NCBI GenBank assembly: GCA_017533565.1
Contig: JAFXHU010000008.1
Span: 5,924 to 69,923, forward strand
Source of the DNA: Clostridia bacterium
GTDB taxonomy: Bacteria > Bacillota > Clostridia > Oscillospirales > CAG-272
Direction of reading: 5' to 3'
DNA: 64,000 bases
Shown in pieces: positions 1-8,098 of the stretch. Position numbers and translations under genes: made by a program. Each line of letters opens with the position of its first letter. The first letter of the stretch is position 1. The notes beneath the pieces are model-generated. The model ran no database searches, was not told the origin of the DNA, and saw only the letters and a list, made by a program, of their open reading frames with translations.

Positions 1-185
1 TGATACCCGGCAAGGCTTGTAAAATTCTCGCCAAAAACGCGGTTGGCGGCGTTGTCGGACAATACGACGGATATTATAAACCCGAGCGCGACACGTTCGT
101 TTTATATCCCGCGAAGAACGCGAGATTTTACGGAAAGCTTGTAAAACAGGAGATAGCCGTCGCACTTGTAAGGAGGGGTGACTGA
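1..185 (+). CDS. C-terminal fragment of a phage early protein, function unknown
   Basis: Frame 3 is open from the window edge to TGA at 183-185 (...YYKPERDTFVLYPAKNARFYGKLVKQEIAVALVRRGD*). The stop overlaps the next ATG (TGATG). No motif recognised. Confidence 0.35.
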   Translation, partial: IPGKACKILAKNAVGGVVGQYDGYYKPERDTFVLYPAKNARFYGKLVKQEIAVALVRRGD

Positions 186-436
186 TGCCGCGTGAAAAGA
201 TAGGTTACAGGGACAACCTCGCGCTTATAACCGAGAAGATTACCGAGAGCTTTCCCGAAAGTATGGGGGTGCTTACCACGGAGCAGGTGGCGGCATTCCT
301 CGGATGCAACGTTAAGACGGTGCTTCGGAATATCAATAAAAAATACAACCCACTGCCCGCAAGGAATATCGGCGTAGGTCGCAACGTTTACCGTATCGCG
401 ATTACCGAGCTTGCACGGTGGACGCTTGGAGGATAA
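185..436 (+). CDS. Excisionase-family (MerR-like) helix-turn-helix DNA-binding protein
   Basis: RBS AGGAGGGG upstream. LTTEQVAAFLGCNVKTVLRNI...GRNVYRIAITELARW matches the excisionase-type HTH pattern (LT..E.A.yLg.s..T.yr...G.lpa.kiGr..ri). Confidence 0.7.
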   Translation: MPREKIGYRDNLALITEKITESFPESMGVLTTEQVAAFLGCNVKTVLRNINKKYNPLPARNIGVGRNVYRIAITELARWTLGG

Positions 437-441
437 GAAAA

Positions 442-687
442 ATGCTCAAAATGAGAAAAGAAAACGGCAGGGTGTACATATACGAGGGCGAAAGGAAATT
501 ATGCTTTGGAGAAGGTATAGACGGCATTCGCCGCGCCATTCAGTACGTAGATATAAAGCTCTTTCTCGCCCGTGCAGAGCGACAGGACGTTTTAACGCGC
601 TTGAATACCACGTTCCCCGTGCGCTCTCTCGTTCCCGCTAACGTCGGTAAAACGGTTAAATACACGATAACGGAGGGCGAGGAATGA
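442..687 (+). CDS. Hypothetical phage early protein
   Basis: ORF-track ORF 418-687. I prefer ATG 442, preceded by GGAGG (428-432). No motif recognised. Confidence 0.5.
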   Translation: MLKMRKENGRVYIYEGERKLCFGEGIDGIRRAIQYVDIKLFLARAERQDVLTRLNTTFPVRSLVPANVGKTVKYTITEGEE

Positions 688-1043
688 TACATACGTTAGA
701 GGTAAATTCTTTCTATTGCCGTTCCTGTAAAAAGGTACGCCACAGCTTTGGCGTGGCATTCGGCGGGGTGCTGGTAAGTCCCGCAGCTCCGTGTTGCCGA
801 GTTTGCAACGGGACGGACCTTGAACAAATCGTGGAGTGCGAAGCGTGCGGACACGCTATGCGAGAAAGCGCATCACTCTGGAGCGAGAGCGAGGACAAAT
901 ATTTTTGTTCCGACTGCCGCACCGCCTGTTCTTGTTGCGGTAACGCGATAGACGAGGGCGGCGAGGTTTACGAGGACGACGGCACAGTGATATGCTCAAC
1001 GTGCGAGTGGGAACAACGTTTAATTAAGGCTAAATTAAAATAA
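684..1043 (+). CDS. Cys-rich multi-zinc-ribbon protein
   Basis: Overlaps the upstream stop (ATGA). Has at least five CxxC-type pairs (CRSCKK, CRVCNG, CEACGH, CSDCRTACSCCGN, CSTCEW). Confidence 0.6.
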   Translation: MIHTLEVNSFYCRSCKKVRHSFGVAFGGVLVSPAAPCCRVCNGTDLEQIVECEACGHAMRESASLWSESEDKYFCSDCRTACSCCGNAIDEGGEVYEDDGTVICSTCEWEQRLIKAKLK

Positions 1044-1069
1044 CAAAAAAATTCAAAGGAGTGTAAAAG

Positions 1070-1915
1070 ATGAACGAAGTAATTAACAGGAGTAATGCCA
1101 CAGGAATGACAGCAGTACAGGAAACTGCCGAGATAGCCGAGATACAGGCTAAAATGATACTCGCGAGGAATTTCCCCCGCGACATCGACACGGCAATGAG
1201 ATATATTGCCGCAGAATGTAACAACAAAGAGCTTGCAGAAAAGGCAACCTACGAATTTCCCCGCGGTGACAGCGTAGTAAGAGGTCCGTCAATCCGCCTT
1301 ATTGAGTGTGTAGCACGTCATTGGGGAAATCTTCTTTCGGGCATCAAGGAAATTTCAGCCACCGACAAGGAAGCCACCGTAAAGGCTTATTGCTGGGACC
1401 TTGAAACCAATTTCGCGGACGAAAAGGTATTTACCGTGCCTTACGTAAGAAACACCAAAAGCAAGGGTAAAATTCCGCTTACAGACGAGCGCGACAAATA
1501 CGAAATGATGGCGAATATGGCGGCACGTCGTAAAAGGGCGTGTATGCAAGCCATAATTCCGCAGTTTGTGATAGATAACGCCATAGAACTCTGCCGTCAG
1601 ACTCTCGAAAACTCCCTGAAGGGTGAGGATATCGAGGTAACAAAGGCAAAGATGCTCGCCGCCTTCCGTAAGCTTGCAGAGTGGATTACCGAGGAGGACC
1701 TCGGAGCAGTGTGCGGAAAGGATTTTGAGCATCTCTCGGTGAAGGATATAGTCAAGCTGCGTAACCTCTATAACGCGATAAACGACGGCTTTGTCAAGCC
1801 CGAGGTTGCATTTAAAAAGGAGACGGAAAGCACCGTAACCGACGAGAAGGCTGCAGACACGCTCGCAAGCGTGAACGATATGCTTGGAGGCGACGATGGA
1901 GCTAACGAGGGATAA
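1070..1915 (+). CDS. Putative single-strand annealing recombinase (RecT/Red-beta-like)
   Basis: RBS AAAGGAG. Sits directly upstream of a PD-(D/E)XK nuclease, the classic SSAP-exonuclease pair. The segment MANMAARRKRACMQAIIP resembles the conserved R..A...a..r...P segment at the end of the Bet/RecT core. Family assignment is from memory only. Confidence 0.5.
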   Translation: MNEVINRSNATGMTAVQETAEIAEIQAKMILARNFPRDIDTAMRYIAAECNNKELAEKATYEFPRGDSVVRGPSIRLIECVARHWGNLLSGIKEISATDKEATVKAYCWDLETNFADEKVFTVPYVRNTKSKGKIPLTDERDKYEMMANMAARRKRACMQAIIPQFVIDNAIELCRQTLENSLKGEDIEVTKAKMLAAFRKLAEWITEEDLGAVCGKDFEHLSVKDIVKLRNLYNAINDGFVKPEVAFKKETESTVTDEKAADTLASVNDMLGGDDGANEG

Positions 1916-2810
1916 CTATTACAGTGTAGAAGCGGACCGGGAGTATATGTCCTGTTCGCAATACCAAGCTTTCCTTGAATGCGAGGCGGCTGCTATGGCG
2001 CGCCTTTATCTCGGGTTTAAGCCCGCGGAAAGCGAGGCACTTCTTGTCGGGAACTACGTGCATACTGCGCTTGAAAGCGAGGAGGCGCACGCGGAATTTG
2101 TAGAAAACAATTTTGAGAAAATATATAAGCTTAAAACCGATAAAAAAAGCGGTGAAACGTCAACCGTCGGCAAGTACGCGGCTTTTGAAAATGCAGACGT
2201 AATAATCCGCACGTTTATAACCGACCCCGTCTTTCAAAAGTTTATATTGATGGACGGGGAGAACGAAAAAATATTGACGGGCAATATATTCGGTGTGCCG
2301 TGGAAGATACGCCTTGACAAGTACGTGCCGAATAAACGTCTTATAATTGACTATAAAACCGCCGCCTCTCTTACTAAAACCGAATACAACCCCAAGACAG
2401 GGGAGCGCGAGTGCTTTATCGAGAGCGCGGGGTATTTGATGCGCGCCGCGATTTACAGCGAGATTGAGAAGCAGAACACGGGGAACACCGAGGATGCCGC
2501 TTTTATAATCCTTGCCGTTACCAAAGAAAAGCCACACGATAAAGGTGCGTATCTTTTAAATCACGCGCAACGTTACGCTTGGGAGCTTGAGCAGGTCAAG
2601 AACAACTTGCTGAATATTCGGGCGGTTAAAGAGGGTAGGCAAATACCAAAGCGTTGCGGTCACTGTGAATATTGCCGTTCTACAAAGGTATTAAAGGGCG
2701 TAGTCCCATACTATACGCTTAAACCCGGATTTGAGGAGGAGCGAGAGGATGAATACAGGGACATTTTCACCGCTTATATGGAAAAAGCACAAGCGGCGGG
2801 GATGGGATAA
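1896..2810 (+). CDS. PD-(D/E)XK (Cas4/RecB-like) exonuclease with Cys cluster
   Basis: ATG 1896 preceded by GGAGG. IIDYKTA fits the D-x-K nuclease motif. An N-terminal Cys (MSCSQYQAFLEC) plus C-terminal CGHCEYC resembles the Cas4/AddB-type Fe-S Cys arrangement. Confidence 0.65.
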   Translation: MELTRDNYYSVEADREYMSCSQYQAFLECEAAAMARLYLGFKPAESEALLVGNYVHTALESEEAHAEFVENNFEKIYKLKTDKKSGETSTVGKYAAFENADVIIRTFITDPVFQKFILMDGENEKILTGNIFGVPWKIRLDKYVPNKRLIIDYKTAASLTKTEYNPKTGERECFIESAGYLMRAAIYSEIEKQNTGNTEDAAFIILAVTKEKPHDKGAYLLNHAQRYAWELEQVKNNLLNIRAVKEGRQIPKRCGHCEYCRSTKVLKGVVPYYTLKPGFEEEREDEYRDIFTAYMEKAQAAGMG

Positions 2811-3084
2811 TACCTGTCCCCACTGCGGAAAGCCTATAAAGTGGATATACGACGGTGTGTATTGGCTTCCGTGCGATACGGAGCCGATACTGTTCCGAAT
2901 GCACCCCGAGGGGAAAAGCACGGTTATATACAAGCGTGCAGAGCTGATAAACTGCATTATTTATTCGGAACAGGATAAGAAAGGCGACGGTGTGCCGTTG
3001 ACAGGACACCGCCAGCATTATTATACCTGCCACGTGCTTAAAGCACGGAGGAGGGAATATATCGAAAAAAAGAGGAGGATTTAA
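2749..3084 (+). CDS. Hypothetical zinc-ribbon protein, translationally coupled to the methyltransferase
   Basis: ATG 2749 after GGAGGAGCGAGAGG. Contains CPHCG and a downstream C/H pair. The stop overlaps the MTase start (TAATG). Confidence 0.5.
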   Translation: MNTGTFSPLIWKKHKRRGWDNTCPHCGKPIKWIYDGVYWLPCDTEPILFRMHPEGKSTVIYKRAELINCIIYSEQDKKGDGVPLTGHRQHYYTCHVLKARRREYIEKKRRI

Positions 3085-5159
3085 TGTACCAAACAAATCT
3101 CTTTGACGAGCTTATCATAGATAATTTTGCAGGCGGAGGCGGTGCATCCGTAGGCATTGAGCTTGCGGTCGGTCGTCCCGTGGATATAGCGATAAATCAC
3201 AATCCCGACGCAATAGCAATGCACGCGGTAAATCACCCGTACACCCATCACTACCAGGAGGACGTATTTGCCATTGACCCGATAAAGGTTACAGACGGCA
3301 AGCCCGTGGGCATAGCGTGGTTTTCACCCGATTGCCGACACTTCTCCAAGGCAAAGGGCAACAAGCCCGTAGAACGCAAAATTCGTGGGTTGTCGTGGGT
3401 AATCTTGAAGTGGGCTATGTGCGAGGTCGCCCCTCGTGTGATTTTTATGGAGAACGTAGAGGAAATACAGACGTGGGGACCTCTGATGAAAGACCCGAAA
3501 GACCCCGAGAAGCTTATCCCCGACCCCGACAGAGCCGGCGAAACCTTCAAGGGCTTTGTAGCAATGCTCACCACAGGCATTGACCGTTGGCACCCCGCTT
3601 TTTACGAGGCTTGCGAGTTCTTAAAGCTTGACCCGTACGGTGAGGAGGCACAGAAGCTTGTAGACGGACTTGGCTATGAGGTGGATTATCGAGCCTTGCG
3701 TGCTTGCGATTACGGCGCACCGACAATCCGTAAGCGTTTCGTCCTGATAGCAAGGCGTGACGGTCAGTCTATTGTGTGGCCCAAGCCCACGCACGGCAAG
3801 GGTAAGGGCTTGAAGCCTTACAGAACGGCTGCGGATTGCATTGACTGGTCGTTACCCTGTCCCTCAATCTTCACGCGAAAAAAGCCTCTCGTTGAGAATA
3901 CTCTTCGACGTGTTGCACGTGGGCTTGACAAATTCGTTATAAAGAACCCGAAGCCCTATATCTTGGAGATGAATTATAACAATCAGTTCCAGGACGTGGA
4001 CAAGCCTATGAGTACGCAGACGAGCGCTAACCATCACTATCTCATTACCCCTAACTTGGTACAGGCAAATTACGAGAATCCGCCGCAAGACGTTAGCAAT
4101 CCTATGTCAACGCAAACGGCAGTAAATAAGCACTTCGTTGTTACTCCTACCCTTGTGGAGTGCTCACACAAAAGCGGTCCCGGCGTGCATAACGTTGTAG
4201 ACCCTCTGAACACGGTAACGGGAAAAGCCTGCTTTGGTCTTTCAACGCCGTATTTGACGAAGTTCCAGCAGCACAGCCTCGGGCAATCCACTGACGAGCC
4301 ACTTGATACCGTGATGGCAGGAGCGACGAGATTCGGCGCTGTAACTCCTTATATGATACCCATAGGTTACGGGGAGAACAAGAGCCAAGCGCCGCGCCTT
4401 GAAGATATACATAAACCACTTAACACCATCGTGAGCAGTAACAAGCATTTTGTGACGGCACCGTTTCTCTCAAAGTATTTCAGCGGCGACGGAAATATGG
4501 CGGCAGGCGCAGGAGAGCCCACGCCCACTATTACGGCAAAGGACCATAACTCGCTTGTCGCTGCGAATATTGTTCATTACTACGGTGGAGAAAATCACGC
4601 CTCGGGTGCAGATTCTCCTGTGGCTACGGTAACGGTGGAGCCACGCCACTACCTATGCACCTCTAACCTTTGCGTGTTGCGCCGTAATATGGACGGCAAG
4701 GGGCTCGACGAGCCTATGCCTACCCTTACCACTTCAGCCGGTCATTTTGCAGAGATACGTACATATATTCTGCCCGTAGAGGATGGAGCAGGGCTTGGTA
4801 ATTGGCACAAGGTCCGCGAGCTTCTTAACAAGTACGCAGGCTATGAGCTTAAAGAAAACGAGATACTCATAATCGAGATAAAGGGAACCCCGTATTTCAT
4901 AGCTGATATTGGTTTGAGAATGCTGGAGCCCGAGGAGCTTAAGCTCGCTCAAGGCTTCCCGGTTGATTATATTATCGACATTGAGCGTTATATCGGCAAG
5001 AAGTACAGCAAGGCAAAGCAGATTGCCCGTCTTGGCAACGCTGTTTGTCCGCAGCTTGCTACCGCACTCGTAAGAGCTAATTGTCCTGAATTGAGCTACA
5101 AACACGTGATAACCACGGTAGCCGACCTCGAAAGAATATATGCAAGGAGTGTGGGATGA
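3084..5159 (+). CDS. DNA (cytosine-5)-methyltransferase with expanded, repeat-containing target-recognition region
   Basis: C5-MTase motifs in canonical order: I FAGGGG (aa 15-20), IV SPDCRHFS (81-88), VI ENV (123-125), IX-like LAQGFPVDY (621-629), X GNAVCP (651-656). An insert of roughly 380 aa between motifs VIII and IX contains eight tandem repeats. Confidence 0.9.
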   Translation: MYQTNLFDELIIDNFAGGGGASVGIELAVGRPVDIAINHNPDAIAMHAVNHPYTHHYQEDVFAIDPIKVTDGKPVGIAWFSPDCRHFSKAKGNKPVERKIRGLSWVILKWAMCEVAPRVIFMENVEEIQTWGPLMKDPKDPEKLIPDPDRAGETFKGFVAMLTTGIDRWHPAFYEACEFLKLDPYGEEAQKLVDGLGYEVDYRALRACDYGAPTIRKRFVLIARRDGQSIVWPKPTHGKGKGLKPYRTAADCIDWSLPCPSIFTRKKPLVENTLRRVARGLDKFVIKNPKPYILEMNYNNQFQDVDKPMSTQTSANHHYLITPNLVQANYENPPQDVSNPMSTQTAVNKHFVVTPTLVECSHKSGPGVHNVVDPLNTVTGKACFGLSTPYLTKFQQHSLGQSTDEPLDTVMAGATRFGAVTPYMIPIGYGENKSQAPRLEDIHKPLNTIVSSNKHFVTAPFLSKYFSGDGNMAAGAGEPTPTITAKDHNSLVAANIVHYYGGENHASGADSPVATVTVEPRHYLCTSNLCVLRRNMDGKGLDEPMPTLTTSAGHFAEIRTYILPVEDGAGLGNWHKVRELLNKYAGYELKENEILIIEIKGTPYFIADIGLRMLEPEELKLAQGFPVDYIIDIERYIGKKYSKAKQIARLGNAVCPQLATALVRANCPELSYKHVITTVADLERIYARSVG

Positions 5160-5199
5160 GGTCACAAAAAATCAAGAATAAACGAAAAGGTAAGAAAAA

Positions 5200-5475
5200 A
5201 TGAATAGATATATTGATGCGGAAATCCTGAAGAACAAAATCCTTGACGATATGGCAAAAGCCGAACGAGATGGCAAAGACCTTAACGGCTACACCGATGC
5301 ACTATTTCACCTAAAGACGACGCCCGCCGCCGATGTGGTTGAGGTTGTTAGATGCAGGGAGTGCAAGCACTATGTGAGGCGTGAGTATCCGTTCTGCGAA
5401 TTTGAATGCGAAGGCGCTGAAATACACTACAAGCCCGACGATTATTGCAGCTACGGAGAAAGGAGAGAGGAATGA
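5200..5475 (+). CDS. Hypothetical phage protein (Cys-containing C-terminus)
   Basis: RBS AAAAGG. ADVVEVVRCRECKHY...DDYCSYGERRE is a pattern I recall from small Clostridia-phage proteins of unknown function. Confidence 0.55.
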   Translation: MNRYIDAEILKNKILDDMAKAERDGKDLNGYTDALFHLKTTPAADVVEVVRCRECKHYVRREYPFCEFECEGAEIHYKPDDYCSYGERREE

Positions 5476-5816
5476 AAGACAAATTAAGCAATATGATACA
5501 GTCCGCCGTGGGCGGTTGCGCTAAAAATTGGGCAGACATTATTGCCGACTACCTAATCAATAGCGGCGTTATCGTGCCGCCTTTAAAGGTAGGGGATAAA
5601 ATCTATGCTCTTTCTGCAAGTAAAACAAAGCTTTATGTACTTACGATTACGCATTTTGTAGTTAATGAAAACGAAACACAGATATGGGCAGTTGGTGCGC
5701 CGTATGCTTCCGGGTCTGATTATATCTGTAACGCTGACGATTTCGGCAATAATGAGTGGGTTTTTCTCACCCGAGAACTTGCAGAGGAGGCACTTCAAGG
5801 GGGCAAAAATGGTTAA
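5472..5816 (+). CDS. Hypothetical phage protein
   Basis: ATG 5472 after AGGAGAGAGG. Overlaps the upstream stop. Confidence 0.55.
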   Translation: MKDKLSNMIQSAVGGCAKNWADIIADYLINSGVIVPPLKVGDKIYALSASKTKLYVLTITHFVVNENETQIWAVGAPYASGSDYICNADDFGNNEWVFLTRELAEEALQGGKNG

Positions 5817-6120
5817 AGATGTAACATCAAAGAAATTCAATGCAATTATGAGCAAGAAAATTTACCTTCATAAATGCCCGAAATGCCCCAATCTTGGCGG
5901 CGAAATAATAATTCCTATGACCACATACGGGGCTAAAACAGACCGGGTCTATATTAGGTGCAAATATTGCGGATATGAAACAAAATGTTATGATGCTTCG
6001 ACAATGTTAAATGATACGGAAAGCAGCCGATTTGGCAGCCCCGTGATTGACAAGTCACTTATTAAAGCAATACATAACGCCGTGAACGATTGGAATAGAA
6101 GGAGCAAAAATGGAACTTAA
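5809..6120 (+). CDS. Lar-family-like restriction-alleviation zinc-ribbon protein
   Basis: Internal ATG 5809 of ORF 5665-6120, overlapping the upstream stop. Two CxxC pairs (CPKCPN, CKYCG) and a C-terminal AIHNAVNDWNRR, which matches the Lar-family hallmark (A..aWNrR). Confidence 0.5.
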   Translation: MVKDVTSKKFNAIMSKKIYLHKCPKCPNLGGEIIIPMTTYGAKTDRVYIRCKYCGYETKCYDASTMLNDTESSRFGSPVIDKSLIKAIHNAVNDWNRRSKNGT

Positions 6121-6457
6121 CAGAGAACAGATTTTACAAGGACTTCGGGACAACGATAGTCCCTATAAATCAGACCAAGATGCGATACAAAACGCCATCG
6201 CCTTAATAAAGCAACTCACCGAGGCAAACAAGAGGTTGGCGGAAAGAGTGTTGGCAGAAAACCACTTGCGAAATCAGGTTGAATATATGTTAAAAACCGT
6301 CAAATCCGACACCGTGAGAGAGTTTGCGGAGAGGTTGAAAAAGTGCTTTAACAACGAGATTGAACACCTTGCTATATACACTGAAAAACAAGTGCTTTTT
6401 GTAATAGACCAAACCAAAAAAGAAATGTTGGAAGGGGACGAAAATGACACCGAGTGA
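6110..6457 (+). CDS. Hypothetical coiled-coil phage protein
   Basis: ORF overlaps its neighbours on both sides, typical of a tightly packed early operon. Confidence 0.55.
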   Translation: MELNREQILQGLRDNDSPYKSDQDAIQNAIALIKQLTEANKRLAERVLAENHLRNQVEYMLKTVKSDTVREFAERLKKCFNNEIEHLAIYTEKQVLFVIDQTKKEMLEGDENDTE

Positions 6458-6644
6458 GATTGATATAGCAAAGATAAGGCGCGATGCAAAGCTTGAAGCA
6501 CTCGCAGAGTTTGAACGGCGGATAAAACTTTATTACAACACGATACGGGGTGGCACGTACGCCGCCCTTGTGTCATACCACGTCGGCGTTAAAGCCGAAG
6601 AATACAGAGAGGAGATAGAAAGGGAATATGCAGAACAAAGCTAA
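6444..6644 (+). CDS. Hypothetical phage protein
   Basis: ORF-track ORF, overlaps the upstream gene. Confidence 0.5.
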   Translation: MTPSEIDIAKIRRDAKLEALAEFERRIKLYYNTIRGGTYAALVSYHVGVKAEEYREEIEREYAEQS

Positions 6645-6804
6645 AAAAACGTCATTGCTTGCGGAGGAGTTGCGCGCCGTGTCCCGTACACTCAATAACG
6701 AATATAACGCGCAGATACTCATTGAAGCCGCCGAAAGGCTTGGCGAGCTGTATAACATTGCGAAATTTTTCCGTAAAGAAGCTATAAAGAATAAAAAGGG
6801 GTGA
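6628..6804 (+). CDS. Small hypothetical protein (58 aa), not in the ORF track
   Basis: I read it manually: ATG 6628 ... TGA 6802-6804 (MQNKAKKTSLLAEELRAVSRTLNNEYNAQILIEAAERLGELYNIAKFFRKEAIKNKKG). It fills an otherwise empty gap in the + strand gene train. Confidence 0.35.
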   Translation: MQNKAKKTSLLAEELRAVSRTLNNEYNAQILIEAAERLGELYNIAKFFRKEAIKNKKG

Positions 6805-6808
6805 GAAT

Positions 6809-7009
6809 GTGCAACCAAAGTCCCCTTGTAAGAATTGTGAAAAAAGAATCGTTGGGAACATTACCGAAAGCTGCCACGCAAATTGTCGCGCCTATAAATC
6901 TTTTCAAAAGGCTATGGACAAATTTCACAAATCTAAATACGCAAACCGAGATTACGAGGAATATATCGCGATAACTTGCAATAAAAACAAAAGGAGACGC
7001 CGAGTGTGA
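6809..7009 (+). CDS. Small Cys-rich protein
   Basis: GTG start. Contains CKNC...C..NC. The stop overlaps the GTG start of the next gene. Confidence 0.45.
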   Translation: MQPKSPCKNCEKRIVGNITESCHANCRAYKSFQKAMDKFHKSKYANRDYEEYIAITCNKNKRRRRV

Positions 7010-7419
7010 AAAACAAGCTTAAAAACCAAAAGATAATAGTGGACGGTATAAAATTTGACAGCCGAGCAGAAGCGAGGCGGTACGGTCAACTGCTTTTGCT
7101 TTTAAAAGCCGGGGAAATATCCGATTTAAAGCTCCAAAAGGTGTACGAGCTTATCCCCGCACAGTACGAATATATCCCCACGGGCAAGATTTTCGCGCGC
7201 GGGGAGAGAAAAGGGCAAGCGGAGTATAAACGGGTCACTATTGAGCGCCCCGTCCTCTACATAGCGGATTTTGCCTATCAGACAAAGAACGGCAAGACGG
7301 TGGTGGAGGACGTAAAGGGTTATCGAGATACAAACAGCGCACCGTATGCAAAGTTTGTTCTCAAAAGAAAGCTTATGCTTTGGCGATACGGTATCAGGGT
7401 AAAGGAGGTAAAAGGATGA
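7006..7419 (+). CDS. DUF1064-family phage protein (endonuclease-like fold)
   Basis: GTG start 9 nt after AAGGAG. IVDGIKFDSRAEARRY...LKAGEISDL...YIADF...DVKG matches the DUF1064 pattern seen in Firmicutes phages. Confidence 0.7.
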   Translation: MKNKLKNQKIIVDGIKFDSRAEARRYGQLLLLLKAGEISDLKLQKVYELIPAQYEYIPTGKIFARGERKGQAEYKRVTIERPVLYIADFAYQTKNGKTVVEDVKGYRDTNSAPYAKFVLKRKLMLWRYGIRVKEVKG

Positions 7420-7853
7420 CCGAAAAGGATTTATATAAATACCGCGATGCAAAGCGCGAGGAGGAACGCGCAAGGTTAAAGCTATTAGAATTTGAAGTGC
7501 AATACGGAGCACCACGCGCAGCGTTAGGCTCTCCAACGTTGCCAAACCACGGAGGCGACCCGACCGCCCGTATCGTTGCGGACGTAGAGAGGTATAACGT
7601 CTTAATGCAAAAGGTTGAATCCGCCGTTAGAGAGGTCAATGTTGCCGAGATACGCCTTGATGCGGCACGGTCACACATTTTCAGGGACACAGATATAAGG
7701 GTATTCGACGCGCTTTACTACGGCTGGAGCGAGGGCAAGCGGGTCGTATTCCCCACAGTATTGCAAGCAAGCCGCCGTTTAGCCTATTCTACGTCATCAG
7801 TATATAAGGCAAGAAAGCGTATTTTGGCTTTGCTTTCGCCTGTAAGTGCGTAA
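7416..7853 (+). CDS. Putative late-gene transcriptional regulator (sigma-70 region-4-like HTH; ArpU/RinA/DUF1492-like)
   Basis: ATG 7416 after AAGGAGG. N-terminal coiled coil, and C-terminal IRVFDALYYGW...VLQASRRLAYSTSSVYKARKRILALL resembling a region-4 HTH. It is the last gene before the packaging/late module. Confidence 0.5.
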   Translation: MTEKDLYKYRDAKREEERARLKLLEFEVQYGAPRAALGSPTLPNHGGDPTARIVADVERYNVLMQKVESAVREVNVAEIRLDAARSHIFRDTDIRVFDALYYGWSEGKRVVFPTVLQASRRLAYSTSSVYKARKRILALLSPVSA

Positions 7854-7860
7854 AAAATAA

Positions 7861-7914
7861 ACTTTTCCAAAAAAATCCACACTTTTCCAAAAAAGTATAA
7901 ACTTTTCCAAAAAA
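7861..7914 (+). repeat. Three direct 14-bp repeats ACTTTTCCAAAAAA at exact 20-bp spacing
   Basis: Copies at 7861-7874, 7881-7894 and 7901-7914, read directly from the sequence. Confidence 0.95.
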
Positions 7915-7918
7915 ACTG

Positions 7919-7927
7919 TGGTAGAAT
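7919..7927 (+). promoter_or_regulatory. Extended -10 element (TGgTAGAAT) without a good -35; candidate activator-dependent late promoter
   Basis: TG at 7919-7920, TAGAAT at 7922-7927. The third 14-bp repeat occupies the -35 region. Confidence 0.45.
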
Positions 7928-7933
7928 GGTAGT

Positions 7934-8098
7934 GTCAAAGAGTGTAAGGCGTGGCATCCGACGTTTTTCTTCTCATATCTGACATCCTCCCTTGAATTAA
8001 GTAAGGCGCAGAGCCGTGAACGCCTCCCTGTTGGCATCAGGGCGTGATAACGGCACAATTAAGCACACCATAGGCTTGTTTGCTACGGTGTGCTTTTT
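7934..8098 (+). ncRNA. Putative short terminated transcript (about 165 nt) from the late promoter
   Basis: Bounded by the extended -10 (predicted TSS near 7934) and the intrinsic terminator at 8061-8098. It contains no convincing + strand ORF. It has internal hairpins (GGCG-N12-CGCC; CCCTG-TTGGCAT-CAGGG) and duplicated GTAAGGCG and TGGCATC words. Confidence 0.3.
8061..8098 (+). terminator. Intrinsic terminator
   Basis: AGCACACC (8062-8069) pairs with GGTGTGCT (8087-8094). An inner TAGGC/GCTA extension lengthens the stem, which is followed by a T-run. Confidence 0.7.

Noticed and set aside
7861-7914. I asked whether the regularly spaced repeats could be a mini CRISPR array.
   Set aside because: There are only three 14-bp units with 6-bp spacers and no cas genes anywhere in the window. 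The geometry fits protein-binding sites, not CRISPR.
7789-8058. 89-aa minus-strand ORF spanning the late-control region.
   Set aside because: It runs antisense through the three 14-bp repeats and the promoter and has no RBS. It is the only minus-strand candidate in a 28-kb unidirectional phage gene train, and its translation has poor coding character.
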